This document shows positions 43,666 to 60,733 of a stretch of DNA of 64,000 nt, piece after piece. The notes below the pieces were generated by a model. That model worked only from the letters and a program-made list of their open reading frames with translations. It ran no database searches and had not been told where the DNA came from. This stretch comes from Octopus vulgaris (taxonomy: Eukaryota): positions 6,138,001 through 6,202,000 of the forward strand of contig OX597837.1 of assembly GCA_951406725.2 (NCBI GenBank), read 5' to 3'. Within the stretch, counting starts at the first letter, position 1, and every line of letters begins with the position of its first letter. The position numbers and the translations under genes were made by a program.

Positions 43666-43968
43666 GACACACACACATACACACATCACACACACATACA
43701 TAAAGGCATGTGCGTCGGGATTCCGATAGTCTAAAGTATATAGTGAATCTGGAACCATGACGCTGGAAACCACCCCCGTGATACTTAACTGCTATTTCTA
43801 GGGGGTTGGAGGACGCTCCAATGAGGTTCCTTCAAAGGCCATTAGTGACAACTGTTGTTATTTTTGTTTATACTTCTTGCGGTTCTAATTGAGTGGATGA
43901 TCTATAAATCAAAGCATATAAACCAAGACTTTTCTATTTTTATTCTCGGTCTATGTACTTTAGACTAT

Positions 43969-44380
43969 CGGATCTTTTCGGTTTGACCGGCAGTTTTTTA
44001 AAATAATTTCCACGAAACTAAACACTTTTAAACTTCGTATACTTGTAGAATGTGTTTATAAAACATCTTTTTCTCTTGGCTTTATTGAGAAAATTCTATA
44101 GTTTGTAAGATATTTGTTGTTGTTTTTCTTCAATTTCTGTAATTTCAACCAATTAATAACGTCTGTGCCGTATGAATATGTACCTCGTTTAAGAAACAGA
44201 TTGAGTTTATTTACATTTCTGAAGAAAAAAAGATTCCCTTCCCCCACCCCCAACCCTAACTCTAACCCTAACCCGAAAACAGATTGAAATGCAATAGATC
44301 GATACTAGGGTCATAATTATGGTTGACAATTTCATATGACACCGCTAAAAAAAATTGCCGTTCAAACCGAAAAGATCCCG
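43969..44380. mobile_element. Non-autonomous DNA transposon (MITE) with about 31-bp TIRs and internal telomere-like repeats
   Basis: CGGATCTTTTCGGTTTGACCGGCAGTTTTTT / AAAAAATTGCCGTTCAAACCGAAAAGATCCCG; AACCCTAACTCTAACCCTAACCC at about 44252-44274. Confidence 0.8.
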
Positions 44381-46040
44381 TTTATCTTATCCAATTTTTC
44401 CTTTCCTTTTTAAGATAATACTGTGTAACATGGTGATGGCTTCGGTATTATTTGCGTCGCAAGGATAAAAGCTAAACAGCATTTTGGTAGAATTTTTAGA
44501 AATTACGATCTTTAAGTAAAAGAGTTAAATACATTAATGGCTCTTAATCCGGTGATCAAAGTCCTTCACGCTCGGTGCCTTCGTTTAGCAAGAATAAAAT
44601 ATAAATAAAACATATAACGTACAAATGTACAATAAAAATAAAGTTTAAATAAAAATATAAAGAAGTTAAAAATAAGAATAAAAATTCAAATACTAAAATA
44701 TATAAAACAAAAAAACGAAAATAGCAAAAAATAATTGAAATAAATAAAATAGTTCGAAAAATATTCCCAAAGTTAGAACTTAATCAAAATTCAAGAATTT
44801 GGCATCGCTTCTTGAACGTCATTTAAAATAAAATCGTTTATTTCTTAATTCTTCTTCCCCAAGTTTCGTTACCTAGGTTAAGACGGGTATTCAGATTTTT
44901 TTTTTTCCTCTTTAGGTATTTCAAGCCATTAGTGGAAACGCTTGTTACTCGGTTCCGTTATTTTTTTGTTGTTGTTTTGAATATTTACTTAGAACACAAG
45001 TTTATCCCTTCACTTCGCAATACATAATTATTTTTGTGTTTTATGGTGGCTGTTTATATCATTTTCTTTCTTTTGTATTTTGCTGTTTTCATTTTCTTTT
45101 AACTGTTTTTTTTTGTTTCGTTCATCTAACAAACACCTCTCAGATTATTTGATGCCAATTAACTTCTGTGGTCTCTCATAAATTAGTTATTTTCTTTTCA
45201 GATCAACCGTAATATTTTTTGCTCCCCCACCACACCACTCACACAAAAAAAAATCACCATTTCATTTATTTATTTATATATTTATTTATTAGTTTGCTGA
45301 TAGAATTTATAATATTCTTTTATTCAATTATTTTTTACAATATTTCTTTTATTTAGATTTGAAAATGTTTCATAAATTAAGCAAAAATCATTATCAAAAG
45401 TTTATGATTCAATCGGTTTGGCATGAAAATACCAAATGAATTTCAATTAAAAACACTAACAAACAAAAAAACACAATCAAAATTATTTGAAAAGAAAAAG
45501 AAAATACAAATTTATAATATTTTTATTTATTTATTTAGTTAACTGAACGTTTGATAGAATTATTTAACATAATCGAACTATTTTTTATATAATTCTTGAA
45601 TCTTTTGGAATTCATTATTTTCCTGCTTCGTATCACATAATTCAATCAAGCGACAGAGCAAGCGATATGTTTGAATATTCATATTGCTATTAAAGATATC
45701 GTGTATGCTGGCTGACCTGCATCAAAGTAGTGGTCGTAAGATCGAAAGTTCGAATCCATTATACGTTAGTGACGCGATGTTTTTTACACATGACCGACAC
45801 CTAAAATAAACACAGAACCGTTAGTGTGGTAGCTACTGTGTAATATTTAGTTGCGTGATCTTACAGACATAGCAGGCAATTCTTCCTCAAGTCTCACGCC
45901 ACCTTCTTCAATCTGGACATATAGAGCGCGGTTCGGGATTTTTATGGGAAAGAAAAAACAAACAAACAAACAAACAAACTGGATGATCATTTTTGGATGA
46001 CCACACGCACGCACACACAAACACACACACACATATACAC

Positions 46041-46436
46041 TTTTAATGAGGAGCAAATAATTAGGGAGAAAGATATTTGAGAAGATATTATTAACTCTAA
46101 TATTATCTAAGGTAACAATTAGATCGATAATAACAGTATCAATAATATAAAAGGCATTAAATAGCTGAAGGATTTCTGCAGTTATTATCATTGATCTTTT
46201 TCAGCGATTTAAATAAGAGTTTTGACTCTGATTTCCAGCAGGTAAACATACTTAATATGTCCTTTGATTAATATAAATTTTAATCCTTCAGATATTTAAT
46301 ACTTATGGAGCCAGGGCTGCAATCGCCTATATTATTGATTCTGTTATTATCAATTTAATTGTTACACTAGATAATAATAGAGTCAATAATATTTTCGCAA
46401 ATATTTTCTCCTGAATTATTTGCTCCTTATTGAAAT
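46041..46436. mobile_element. Foldback/MITE-like element with about 115-bp diverged inverted arms
   Basis: TTTAATGAGGAGCAAATAATT..CAATAATATAAAGGC versus GCCTATATTATTG..AATTATTTGCTCCTTATTGAAA. Confidence 0.7.
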
Positions 46437-46930
46437 TATTTTCGCACGGTGACTGCAATGATTTGGCGCAAAGCAAAGTAGTGTAGCGCAGACTTCAACG
46501 CGAAGGATTGGGGATTTTTTCATTGTGGTATCACGTAGTGAGGGAGGTGATGCTATAATGCCAGTCTAAAAACCTGACCACGTGAGTCCAAATACTAGAA
46601 TGCATGTTTAAGGATTGAACCGTTTGCTCGCAGACGGTTGATTTCTGAAGTTAATATCAGAGCTTTTTCTGTCGATTTAAATAATGGTTTTGACAGTTAT
46701 TTCCAGCAGGTAGACATACTCAGCATGTCCTTTGAATGATATATATATATATTTACACATACAAACGACAGGCTTCTTTCAGTTTCCGTCTAGCAGATCT
46801 ACATACAAGGCTATAGCAGGAGACATTTGGTTACGTTGCCACGCACTGAGACTGAACCCGGAAGCATGTAGTTGCAAAGCAAGGATCTTAGATTTGTATG
46901 GACACACGTACACACACGCACACACACGTA

Positions 46931-46968
<38 letters not shown>

Positions 46969-47308
46969 ACGGTATGTTTATGTATTTGTCATTGTATGTG
47001 TGACTTACTGGCGACGTACAAATGTAACTGTGAGCGAGTTTGAGAGTAGTTTTGCCATGGAAATTTATGTTTATCGGAATATATGCATAAACTATATTAT
47101 TAAATCTATCTACCCTAGTCTTTAATTATCTGTCTATCAGTATACCTTGCTATATATCTATATGCGAATAAACATACCAACACACACTCATGTATATATA
47201 TATATATATATATGCATATATACACATACGTATACTCATAAAAACATACTTATATCTATGAATACCCTTTTATACGTCAAACAATTCGTTGCATATATGT
47301 TTACATAT

Positions 47309-47344
<36 letters not shown>

Positions 47345-47549
47345 GTGCATATATATTTAGGTATATATATATATATATGTATATATACGTAATACATACA
47401 CACACGCACATAAATACATCACGAACAAAGCACATATTCTTTGATATCGGAAACAATATACATAACATTTACATTTACATATACACGTATGTATTTGTAA
47501 ATGTATACATATACATATACTCATCAATGTATGTTTACACACACACACA

Positions 47550-47623
<74 letters not shown>

Positions 47624-48204
47624 CCTCTATATGTACATATTTATATGTATATGCTTGTGTATACAGGTATATATATATATCTATATATATATATACAGAT
47701 ATATATGTCTATATATATGTATATATATGTGTGTGTGTCGTTGTGTGTATGTATATATGAATGTGCTAACGTATGAATGTATGTTTACGTATTCTAAATA
47801 CACATCTCTCTGCACACACGGCAAGCAACAACACCTTCTGTTTACGCAGTTAAGTGTCGAAGCTGAAATCAACAAAGGATTTACAGAAGTATTTTTAATG
47901 CGATGTCCGATCTCTTGAGATTACAACTAAAACGAGTTTACTGATATATGAAATTATGAAAGAATGAAAGACATCTTAAATTTTCTGCTTATTTCTTTTG
48001 TTCTCTTCTTTCTGTCACCTAATTCGCATTCCCCCAACGCCATGGCGCACACTTCTACTTTCGTTTTCATTCTTCGTGAAATTCACTTCAAGAATTCAAC
48101 AACAACACTTTTATTTATATTTATACTTATGATTATTGAAAGTTTCATACGTGTAATGCACACACACAAACACACTCACATGAGTGTATGTGTATATATA
48201 AATA

Positions 48205-48240
<36 letters not shown>

Positions 48241-48447
48241 GTTTAAGTAATTGAGATTCAACTCTGCTCGCAATGCCAGTTTGCGCTAAAATTCGAAACG
48301 AAAATTTACGGACCGCTCGCGGTTTTACACATATATATACATATATATATATATGTATATACACGCACATAGATACATTGATGGATAGTTGTGTGTATGT
48401 GTGTGTATGTGTATGTATATACGTTTATATGGCCACTAAACCTTTGT

Positions 48448-48573
48448 TTATTTTCTCTCTCTGTTTATTTCCGTGTTCCAGTTCTGTTGAAGAGCGTAGG
48501 CTCGAAATGTAAAAGACTTTCTCACTTCCCGAGTGTTATAATAATACATCTGTTTGTTGTTTACACACCAGTC

Positions 48574-48575
<2 letters not shown>
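48448..48575 (+). mobile_element. Hammerhead element family B (motif 48484-48516)
   Basis: CTGTTGA-A-GAGC-GTAG-GCTC-GAAAT-GTA-AAAGAC, core deviant; ends at (TA)n. Confidence 0.6.
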
Positions 48576-48613
<38 letters not shown>

Positions 48614-49993
48614 TAATATTTGGATATTATATATATATATATATATACAATATCCAAATAATAACAAGACAAAGGAAATTCTTTAACACATCTTTACAAT
48701 TGTTACAGTTGTTTCCGTACCAACTCTGCTCGCAATGCCAGTTTGCGCTAAAATTCGAAACGAAAATTTACGGACCGCTCGCGGTTTTACACATTAGAGT
48801 GGAAATTCATCGGATTTACATCAAAAGTGCACTGTGATACAGTACGACTTCCAGACATCGTTTTTCTTTACTCATATCGACAGGAAACAAAAAATAAATA
48901 AAACTGCGTTTTAAAGATGAGTAATTATCATAAAGATCATGTGGGAAGCATAGACAGGAAGAAAAGGAGGAAGAAGGAGAATAATAAGGAGGAGGAGGAG
49001 GAGAGAAAGAGAAGAAGAAGAAGTAGTAGGATATAAAAAGAGGAAGAAGAAGGGAGAGGAAGAGAAAAAAGGAGGAAGTAGTAGCAGCAGCAGTAGCAGG
49101 AGTAGTAGAAGTAGAAGAAGAAGAAGAAGAAGAAGAAGAAGAAGAAGAAAGAGGAAGAGGAGGACGGAGGAGGAGAAAAGTGATTTGCTATATAGTTCCC
49201 TTCCTCATTTAGTAATGTTCCTATCTTCTTCTTCTTCTTCTTCTTCTTTTTTGTTTCTTCCCCTTCTTTCTTCTTCTTCTTGTACATCAGGCACATTCAC
49301 ATCCACATCCCCATCACCACCACCACCACCATCACCACCACCACCACCACCACCACCATCATAATCATCATCATCATCATCATCGTCACAGTCGTCGTCA
49401 TCGTCTTCCTATCATCACAGGCGCGCGCACTCAGAATGCATGCACAAAATCTCCCAAACAAACACAAACACCCTCGCAAACACACACAAACACACAAACA
49501 AAAAACACACACACGCACATACAAAACTTATACACACATTCACAAACACACACACACACACATAAACGCACGTAAACATAAAGAAGAGTTAATCATATAC
49601 TCATATAAATACTGTCTCACACACGTTCATTCTCCCCTCTTTGACACACACTTATACACACATTCCACATTCGTAAATTTCATCCTTCATTGATAAAATA
49701 TACGACGAAACATACGACGTTTACAACAATAACCTGTCATAGAATTACAAGAAGATCTCAAAAATAGAAACGAATAATGAAATTACGAAATGAATCTCAA
49801 GATCTCACCTACTTCACTGCAGTGTCAATCTGTTTGAAAATGGGAGAGTTTCAAATTAGAATATAATGGCACCAAACATAATAGTACAATTTACCTGACA
49901 CGTACAGGTGCTTTTGTGTAAACAATCTTGCTTCAAGATTAAAGGAAATAAAGGAAATTGCATATAAATTATATCGTATATAGTAAAATGGCA

Positions 49994-50045
<52 letters not shown>

Positions 50046-50055
50046 CTGTGTGTGT

Positions 50056-50121
<66 letters not shown>

Positions 50122-50158
50122 TATACATATATATACATATACATATATACATATATAT

Positions 50159-50221
<63 letters not shown>

Positions 50222-50509
50222 ATACACGCACACACACACACACACACCATATATGTTGTATGTATATACTACTGTGGCAATAACTTTTAATCCTATAGAC
50301 AAAATTGTTTCATTACAACATGGGAAATATATTTTATGAACATAACATGAATATTAATATTTAAAATAATGTATTGATACATACATATATACATATATAT
50401 ATATATTCTTACATATATGCATACATACATACATACATACATATATATGTATATATATATGTATATACATACATACATACATACATACATACATACATAC
50501 ATACATACA

Positions 50510-50540
<31 letters not shown>

Positions 50541-50907
50541 GTATGTATATTTAAATGTTTCTTGCGAAACATATAAACCGCATAGAAGTGCTCAAGTCGA
50601 GCCTGAGACTTTACACAGGTATACTAAATGAAATGGAAGAAATTCAAGTTAGGCTAACTACAATGAACACATACTTGTACGGATTTAATTAACATAAAAT
50701 TGCCCAAAATAAAGAATATATTAATATATTAATAAATACAAAAATATAGGAATATTAGGAATATATATGGACATATAAATATATAAATATGAATGTATAA
50801 ACATAGAAATAACATAATGAAGTATAGGAATATATAACTGAAAATATAGTGAAGAGATAGTAATAGGCATCAAAATAAGGTTTTGGGTTAGATATTTAAA
50901 AAAAACA

Positions 50908-50996
50908 TTCCTACGGCCGTTTCTGGTGTTCATTTGTCTGGGTAAAAAAATGAATCTTAAAATTTATTTTCAGAGAATGTCTCCTTCATCAGGGAA
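50908..50996 (-). ncRNA. Type I hammerhead with an extended stem II domain
   Basis: TTCC-CTGATGA-AGG...CCA-GAAAC-GGCC-GTA-GGAA: canonical core, palindromic helix III, stem I TTCC/GGAA. Confidence 0.75.
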
Positions 50997-52274
50997 GAAG
51001 TGTTATTCATGGTAGATATGTATTCAGCGCATTATCAAAGTATAAGATAATTGCTAGCTTTTATAGAAGGGATATTACTATGCAAATGATGAAAGTCTTT
51101 ATGTTGGCTGATGGGGGTAAAATTACGTTACTGAATATATTGTTTTCTACTCTAGGCGAAAGGCCTGAAAATTTTGGGTAGGGAAGCAGTCGATTGGAAG
51201 TTTTCTCCCACTCTTTCTTCCTGGTTCTCTTGTACTTGTATTTCATCTTGTTTCTGCTCTACATGTATTTCAAAGGGGCCAACCTTATCACGATCTGTGT
51301 CATGCTGAATATCCCCGAGAACTACATTACGGGTAGACGTGTCTGTGGAGTGCCCAGCCACTTGCACTTTAGTTTCACGCGCAGGCTGTTCCGTTGATCG
51401 GATCAACTGGAACCCTCGTCGTCGTAACCGATGGAGTGCCACGACGACTCCAGCTCTCGAATTTACTGTTCTCGTGGCAAAATTAGACTGGATTATTGTT
51501 GCTGTTTATTTCGGGCTATTCCAGTTTGAGCAAGCGTACTGACAGACGCATGATCAAAGACGTTACAGCGTACAATATTTATCGTTTAGCTTTTAGTTTT
51601 GCCTTTTATCCAACAATTTCTTTATACCATTTCTACTTTCATTATCCAAAGAATTCTACCATTTTTTAAAACAGTAAAGTTGTTATTTGTATCAGATATT
51701 ACTGTTGTTGTTGCTGGTGTTTCTTTTCTTTCTTCCAGCTGCAGTCACAAACTACAGAACGGCCTTCTCGCTGTCTTGTCTACAGAATTAGTATTATGAT
51801 GATAATATTCCAACGCGATTTGTTTTTCTGTATGTAATTCTAGTGCTAAAAATTTATTGATTTCATGTTATCTATATATGACTATTCTACATCTCTCATA
51901 GTTATAGCGAGATTTTTATCGAAACCAGTTGAATCATAACAAGTTTTGTAAAAATAATAAATATATCAGCGCATCGAGGAGGTTGTATTTTTTCAACTGC
52001 TACAATTAGCTAGATTGCTTTGGCTGGTAAATATTTACAAGATTTTGTTGAAATGGAATTTATTTTGTTTCTTTTTCTTTTTTATTTATTATATATTAGT
52101 AAACAACAGTGTCCTCTGCGGTTATAGTTTCCAAACGGACCAATGAGCGGAATTAAAGGGAGAAGCAAGAAAATTGGGGCGAAATAAATACTACCATGTA
52201 GATGGGATCTTTGAAGCAGAGACCAATTGGTTTTCTTTGACGATATAATAACCACCGATATACACACATAGACC

Positions 52275-52655
52275 GGAGGCGCAATGGCCTAGTGGTTAGG
52301 GCAGCGGACTCGCGGTCGGAGGATCACGGTTTCGATTCCCAGACCGGGCATTGTGAGTGTTTATTGAGCGAAAACACCTAAAGCTCCACGAGGCTCCGGC
52401 AGGGAGTGGTGGTGAACCCTGCTGTACTCTTTCACCACAACTTTCTCTCGCTCTTTCTTCATGTTTCTCTTGTACCTGTATTTCAAAGGGCCAGCCTTGT
52501 CACATTCTGTGTGTCACGCTGAATCTCCTCGAGAACTACGTTAAGGGTACACGTGTCTGTGGAGTGCTCAGCCACTTGCACGTTAATATCACGAGCAAGC
52601 TGTTCCGTTGATCGTATCAGCTGGGACCCTCATCGTCGCAACCGACGGAGTGCTC
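52275..52655 (+). mobile_element. SINE family S4, full length
   Basis: A box TGGCCTAGTGG, B box GTTTCGATTCC. The 3' part also occurs at 51195-51445. Confidence 0.85.
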
Positions 52656-52727
52656 CTACTATATACACACATAGACACACAGACTCCCGTGCGAACACAC
52701 ACACATATAAATGTATACATATATCGG

Positions 52728-52878
52728 TGTAACTGTGTGGTAAGAAGCTTGCTTCCCAATCACAAGGTTCTGGGTTCAGTCCCACTGCGTATCACCTTTA
52801 ACAAATATCTTCTACTATAGCCGTGGGGCCGACCAAAGTCTTGTGATCTGGTTGGCAGAAACAGTAAGAAACGTGTCG

Positions 52879-52929
<51 letters not shown>

Positions 52930-52979
52930 TTGTGTGTCTGTGTGTCTGTGTGTGTGTGTGTATGTGTGTATGTATATGC

Positions 52980-53053
<74 letters not shown>

Positions 53054-53125
53054 GTGTGTGTGTGTATTTGTCTGCCACCATGGCATGATAACACCTGTAG
53101 GTGTGATTATGTCTCCGTAACTTAT
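52728..53125 (+). mobile_element. SINE S2, diverged and 3' incomplete
   Basis: Homology to the other S2 copies. Confidence 0.7.
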
Positions 53126-53449
53126 ATATATATACTACATGCAACCTCTCACACTCTGACACATATACACACGTCCACACACACACACACATAAATACGC
53201 GGAACACGGAACACACACACTCACTCTCATACCTATACACACGGTCATAATCTTAAGCTCGCAAACACATACATTCGCACATGCTCTTCCCCATTCACAC
53301 ATACACACTCACACACCCACCCTCAATTCTTACATACACATACGCGCTTCCTGCGCACCTCAGTTCAACTGGGCCACTGTCATGTCCCCTGCACTCCGTC
53401 TCTTTCTTCTTCTCATTTAATCATGTTAAACCGTCAACCTCGGCACATT

Positions 53450-53612
53450 TTTTTCTCTCTCCGTTTTTCTACACTATTTTCTCTCCCATCACTTTTTGTC
53501 AAAGAGCGTAGGCTTGAAACGTCAAAGACATCTGCATTCTTCCCGAGCGTCAAACTAACACACTTGCCTGTCGTTACCTCAAAAGTCCTTGCCTTTTGTC
53601 TTAGCTTGTAAC
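53450..53612 (+). mobile_element. Hammerhead element family B, decayed core
   Basis: AAGAGCGTAGGCTTGAAACGTCAAAGAC..TTCCCGAGCGTCAAACTAA. Confidence 0.6.
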
Positions 53613-53880
53613 AATATAGACAACATGGTTAATATTAATGGAGCCAATAAACACCGATGAAACACCAAGTATCCCACATGCAACCATTATAGGCTGATGG
53701 CAAAGCAGCTAATGATACAATCAAAGCCAGTAGCGTTGATATAAATATAAGTAATAATACCAATTATAATAACTCGAATAATGGTGACATAACACTTGGT
53801 AACACTTCTACGAATTTGAGCAGTATCCCGAATGATGATGCTATAAATACTACAACAGGATAAGTAATGCTAATAATAAT

Positions 53881-54300
53881 AATTGCAGTTGCAATTGTAG
53901 GGAAAAATCTCAATGCCCATTATTAGGTCAGTGTTTGGCAGGTAATATTATATATAAATGTATATTAATCACAAAAACTAATAACTTTATTCACGTCGGG
54001 TGCTCTGTAAACATGATAAAAACGCTTGAATAACCATTATTTGTCCTTTAGACTTAGGCATAAAGCCAGCAGTGCCTCATAATCTACGAAAATCTGGGAA
54101 CTCAATGATAATAATATCAAATTCAGTCTAATATAATGCGTAGAGCTCAGCCATACACAAATAGCCGGTATGGATGTGTACTATGTTGTATGGAAATGTA
54201 TGAAATATTCCAATATAGAGATAAACAAAACCTAATCAATAATAAATTTGATCTTAGAGTGTCATGTGTCCATAGGCTTACCCGTACCTTTAAATGCTTT
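53881..54300 (+). pseudogene. GIY-YIG endonuclease remnant of a Penelope-like element (Naiad-type Cys-rich domain)
   Basis: CNCREKSQCPLLGQCLAGNIIYKC..FIHVG / KRLNNHYLSF..STKIWEL / IMRRAQPY..CVLCCMEMYEI..NLINNKFDLRVSCVHR, with frameshifts and stops. Confidence 0.8.
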
Positions 54301-55709
54301 ACAAGCAGCTAATGATAAGTATATCACACTGTTCTTTGATATCATGGGTTATCCGAGGTGTCATATCATGTATCTCCTATCCTCTATTATCTCGAAACCT
54401 ATTCAATAATGCTTTCTAATAACCCTTAATCCCTTTGATCTATAGCCTTTCAATAATTATATTATATATATGGTAATAATTATATTATATATATGACACC
54501 AGTCGTTGAAGTTTGTAATTCCAGCCACCGAGGTCAAAGAACTCCGAGAACATGCGGAAGAGTAGATGAAAATCGTCACTTCCCCGTTGTTTCAAGTAGC
54601 TTCACCTGCAACAAATACCATTGCTGCTCCAGATAAAGAGCAAGCTTTGTAACCCACATGTCAGCCTTCCAGAAATGAATACTGAACAGGGATAGTCAAC
54701 GTCCATCTATGACGGACAGCCGAAGAAATGGTATACAGTCATAACTGTATAGCGGAAGGCATTTTTGGTTTTGGCCGACACTCTAACTTTTCTACCAATG
54801 TACCAAGGAGTGTCGTTAAAATAATAAATAAATTCGTACAGCACGTCGGGCGATTTTTTCTTATCCCCTCAACTAACTAGACCAGTTCAACTGGTAAATA
54901 TTTACAAGATATTGTCATAAATTACTTGTTTACTAGATTAATACGGCTTCCATTTCGTTTAGATGTCTCCACATCTATTGGCATAAAACCAGAAGAATAT
55001 AAAATAATTTTCGTTCTCAGTTTCTCATTTTGTTTTTAAGTTTAAGAGGACAATTTCTTATCGATCTGTTTAATTTGAAGCAAAACAAAAAGGTTATATC
55101 CGCCATGATTTTCTTATTTATTTAATATGGCGTATTTTTGTCCACCCTTGTTCCCAAGTTCTAGTAACAAAGCATTATGGTATTGGTGTTGGTGTTGCTG
55201 TTGTTTTTCTTGAACATTGGTCAACCGAGATCGAATAGACTTAGGGACAAACGGAGTCCAGTTGTGAACCCCACTATCATCGTCGTTCTTTTTGTCTTTT
55301 TTAATCTTTTTTTTGTCACAAGCTTAGCTATGTGAGAACAATGGAAAGAAGATGTAATATATTTGTAACGCACGAGTTCAAATCATGCCGAGATCAAATT
55401 TGCCTTTTGGCCATCCAGGGTCGATAAAGTAAAGTACCAAACAAGTACTGAATCGAAATTTCAAACCTTGTACCCATGCGAGACAATGTATTCGTTTCGC
55501 ATGAGTTCGAATTCCACCGGAGTCAGCTTTAAATCGTCCTTGTATAGTAGGTGGTTAACCATTCCGACTCCATTTCCCAAATCACAATATCCCCCAACAA
55601 CTCTCAAAACCATCGAAAGAGCTATTAATATCAACACAAAAAAAGAGTAGTGAAAGGTGGATATTTTCCCGAAATATTACTCTTTCGATATTCCTTATAC
55701 CTACGGATG

Positions 55710-56460
55710 TAAACTCCCTTTTGGAGGATGTCAATACTTTTTAACAATCTTCATACATCATCTACCACTCCGAATATCTCCAAGCATTTCCCTATCCAGC
55801 TGTGAAGCATCGTATCATGGATCCTTTTGTAATCTATCCACGCCATTCCTAGCCTCATTAACCTCATTTGCAGTTCAAGCCGAAGCTTGTCTATTAACAC
55901 CTTGATCTTTTGTTCGCCTTTACCTGCGTTTACAACCCTTCAGCTCATCTGGTAATAACCTTTCATTACCCCCAAAATTTTTATAGTTCCTCAGTTATTA
56001 CTCCTGTCAGCAATTTCCAAATGGTTGCTGAACCTGATATAGGTCGACAGCTTGACACTTCGTTACCCTTTGACATGTCATCCAAAGCCGATGCTGCCTT
56101 TCCATGTCTCATCCACAGTGGAGCACCACCACCCATTTAAGAATCCTTAGAATTGCTTTGCAATTCTCTAATAGCATGTCGTAAATACTTTAAGCCAATA
56201 TCCCTGCAATCCAACAGGACATCGCGACTTCCAACTATTCATTTTTCTCGCTTGTTTTTTTCTCCAATGCTGTCTCTAAAATATTCTAATGTTTCCTTTT
56301 TCTGTTTTTGACTCTCGTTTCATCTTCAGCTTCATCCTTTCAATTAGCTTCATCATTATGCACAACTGGTCCATCCCAGATCTCACTCCAAAACAGTAAA
56401 CACTCTTTCCATTTCGGTATCGCGCCATTGTCTTCAATCTCTTTTTCAAGTCATTCGGGC
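55710..56460 (-). pseudogene. Old R4/Dong-clade RT fragment abutting (TAA)n
   Basis: NWKSRCPVGLQGYWLK, CRPISGSATIWKLLTGVITEEL and LGMAWIDYKRIHDTMLHSWIGKCLEIF are homologous to the element at 58145-60622. Confidence 0.8.
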
Positions 56461-56461
56461 A

Positions 56462-56940
<479 letters not shown>

Positions 56941-57225
56941 AGTGGTTAGGGCAGCGGACTCGCGGTCGTAGGAATGTGGTTCCGAATCCCAGACCAGATA
57001 TTATGAGTGTTTATAGAGCGAAAATCCCTAAAAAGCTCCACGATGTTCCGGCAGGGGGTGGTGATCACTGCTGTACTCTTTCACCACTCTTTCTCCCACT
57101 CTTTCTTCTGTTGGCCTGCTCGCTTAGCCAGCGGGGTAGCGTCATTCGAAGGCTAAAACAATGCGAACGCATTGTGACCAGCGATGTGTAACAACATCTG
57201 ATGGTCTGGTCGGTCACGTGATCAC
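56941..57225 (+). mobile_element. SINE family S4, 5' clipped
   Basis: Homology to 26381-26672. Confidence 0.8.
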
Positions 57226-57239
57226 GTGATTATTATCAT

Positions 57240-57480
57240 TAGTAGTAGTAGAAGTAGTAGTAGAAGTAGTAGTAGTAGTAGTAGTAATAGTCGAAGTAGT
57301 CGTAGTGGTAGCAGCAGCACGAGAAGGTGGTGGCGGATTTGGCGGTGGTAGTGGTGGTGGTAGCGGTGGTGGCAGTGATTGTGGTAGCGGTGGTGCCAGT
57401 GGAGGCGGCAGTGGTGGTTGTGGTGGGCATGAGGTGGTGGCGGGAGTGGCGGTGGTGAAGGTGGTAGTGGTGGATGTATC

Positions 57481-57514
<34 letters not shown>

Positions 57515-57516
57515 GT

Positions 57517-57582
<66 letters not shown>

Positions 57583-57630
57583 TAGTAGTAGCAGTAGTAG
57601 TAGTAGTAGTAGTAGTAGTAGCAGTAGTGG
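57240..57630. repeat. (AGT)n/(GGT)n low-complexity tract
   Basis: Directly visible. Confidence 0.9.
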
Positions 57631-58106
57631 TTGGACAAGGCTTTTATACATGTCGTCTTGGAAGAGGATTAATCTCTAATATGTCTTGAGTGACTTGGCT
57701 CGGCTTTCAGACGTTAACTAGATTAGCCTAATCTGACCACTTGCTTCTTCATCCGACATCTAAATACCGCACGTAGTTTTACAAGTGACATGCTTATCAA
57801 GTCAGCAAATAATATTTCGGAAGTTTAAAGAGTCTGCGTTTCTAGATTTTATATTTCATCTTCAATTAAAATGAGATAAAAACGGAATTTGAGTAGTTCT
57901 CATCTAGTTACAAACAAACAAAAGAACAAAATGACAATGATAATAATAACTATTATTATCTTTACGTTCTAAGTTCAAAAGCCGTCTTGGTACAATTTGA
58001 TTTTAATCCAATCGTGGGTCGACGAAATGAATACCAGATGAACAGTGGGCGCGGATGTAATCGACTTGTCTCTCCCCTGAAATTATTGGTCTTCTGTCAA
58101 AAATTT

Positions 58107-60733
<2,627 letters not shown>

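Noticed and set aside
52275-52350. tRNA gene (also other A/B-box heads)
   Set aside because: Continues into a SINE body, is multi-copy, and I see no clean cloverleaf
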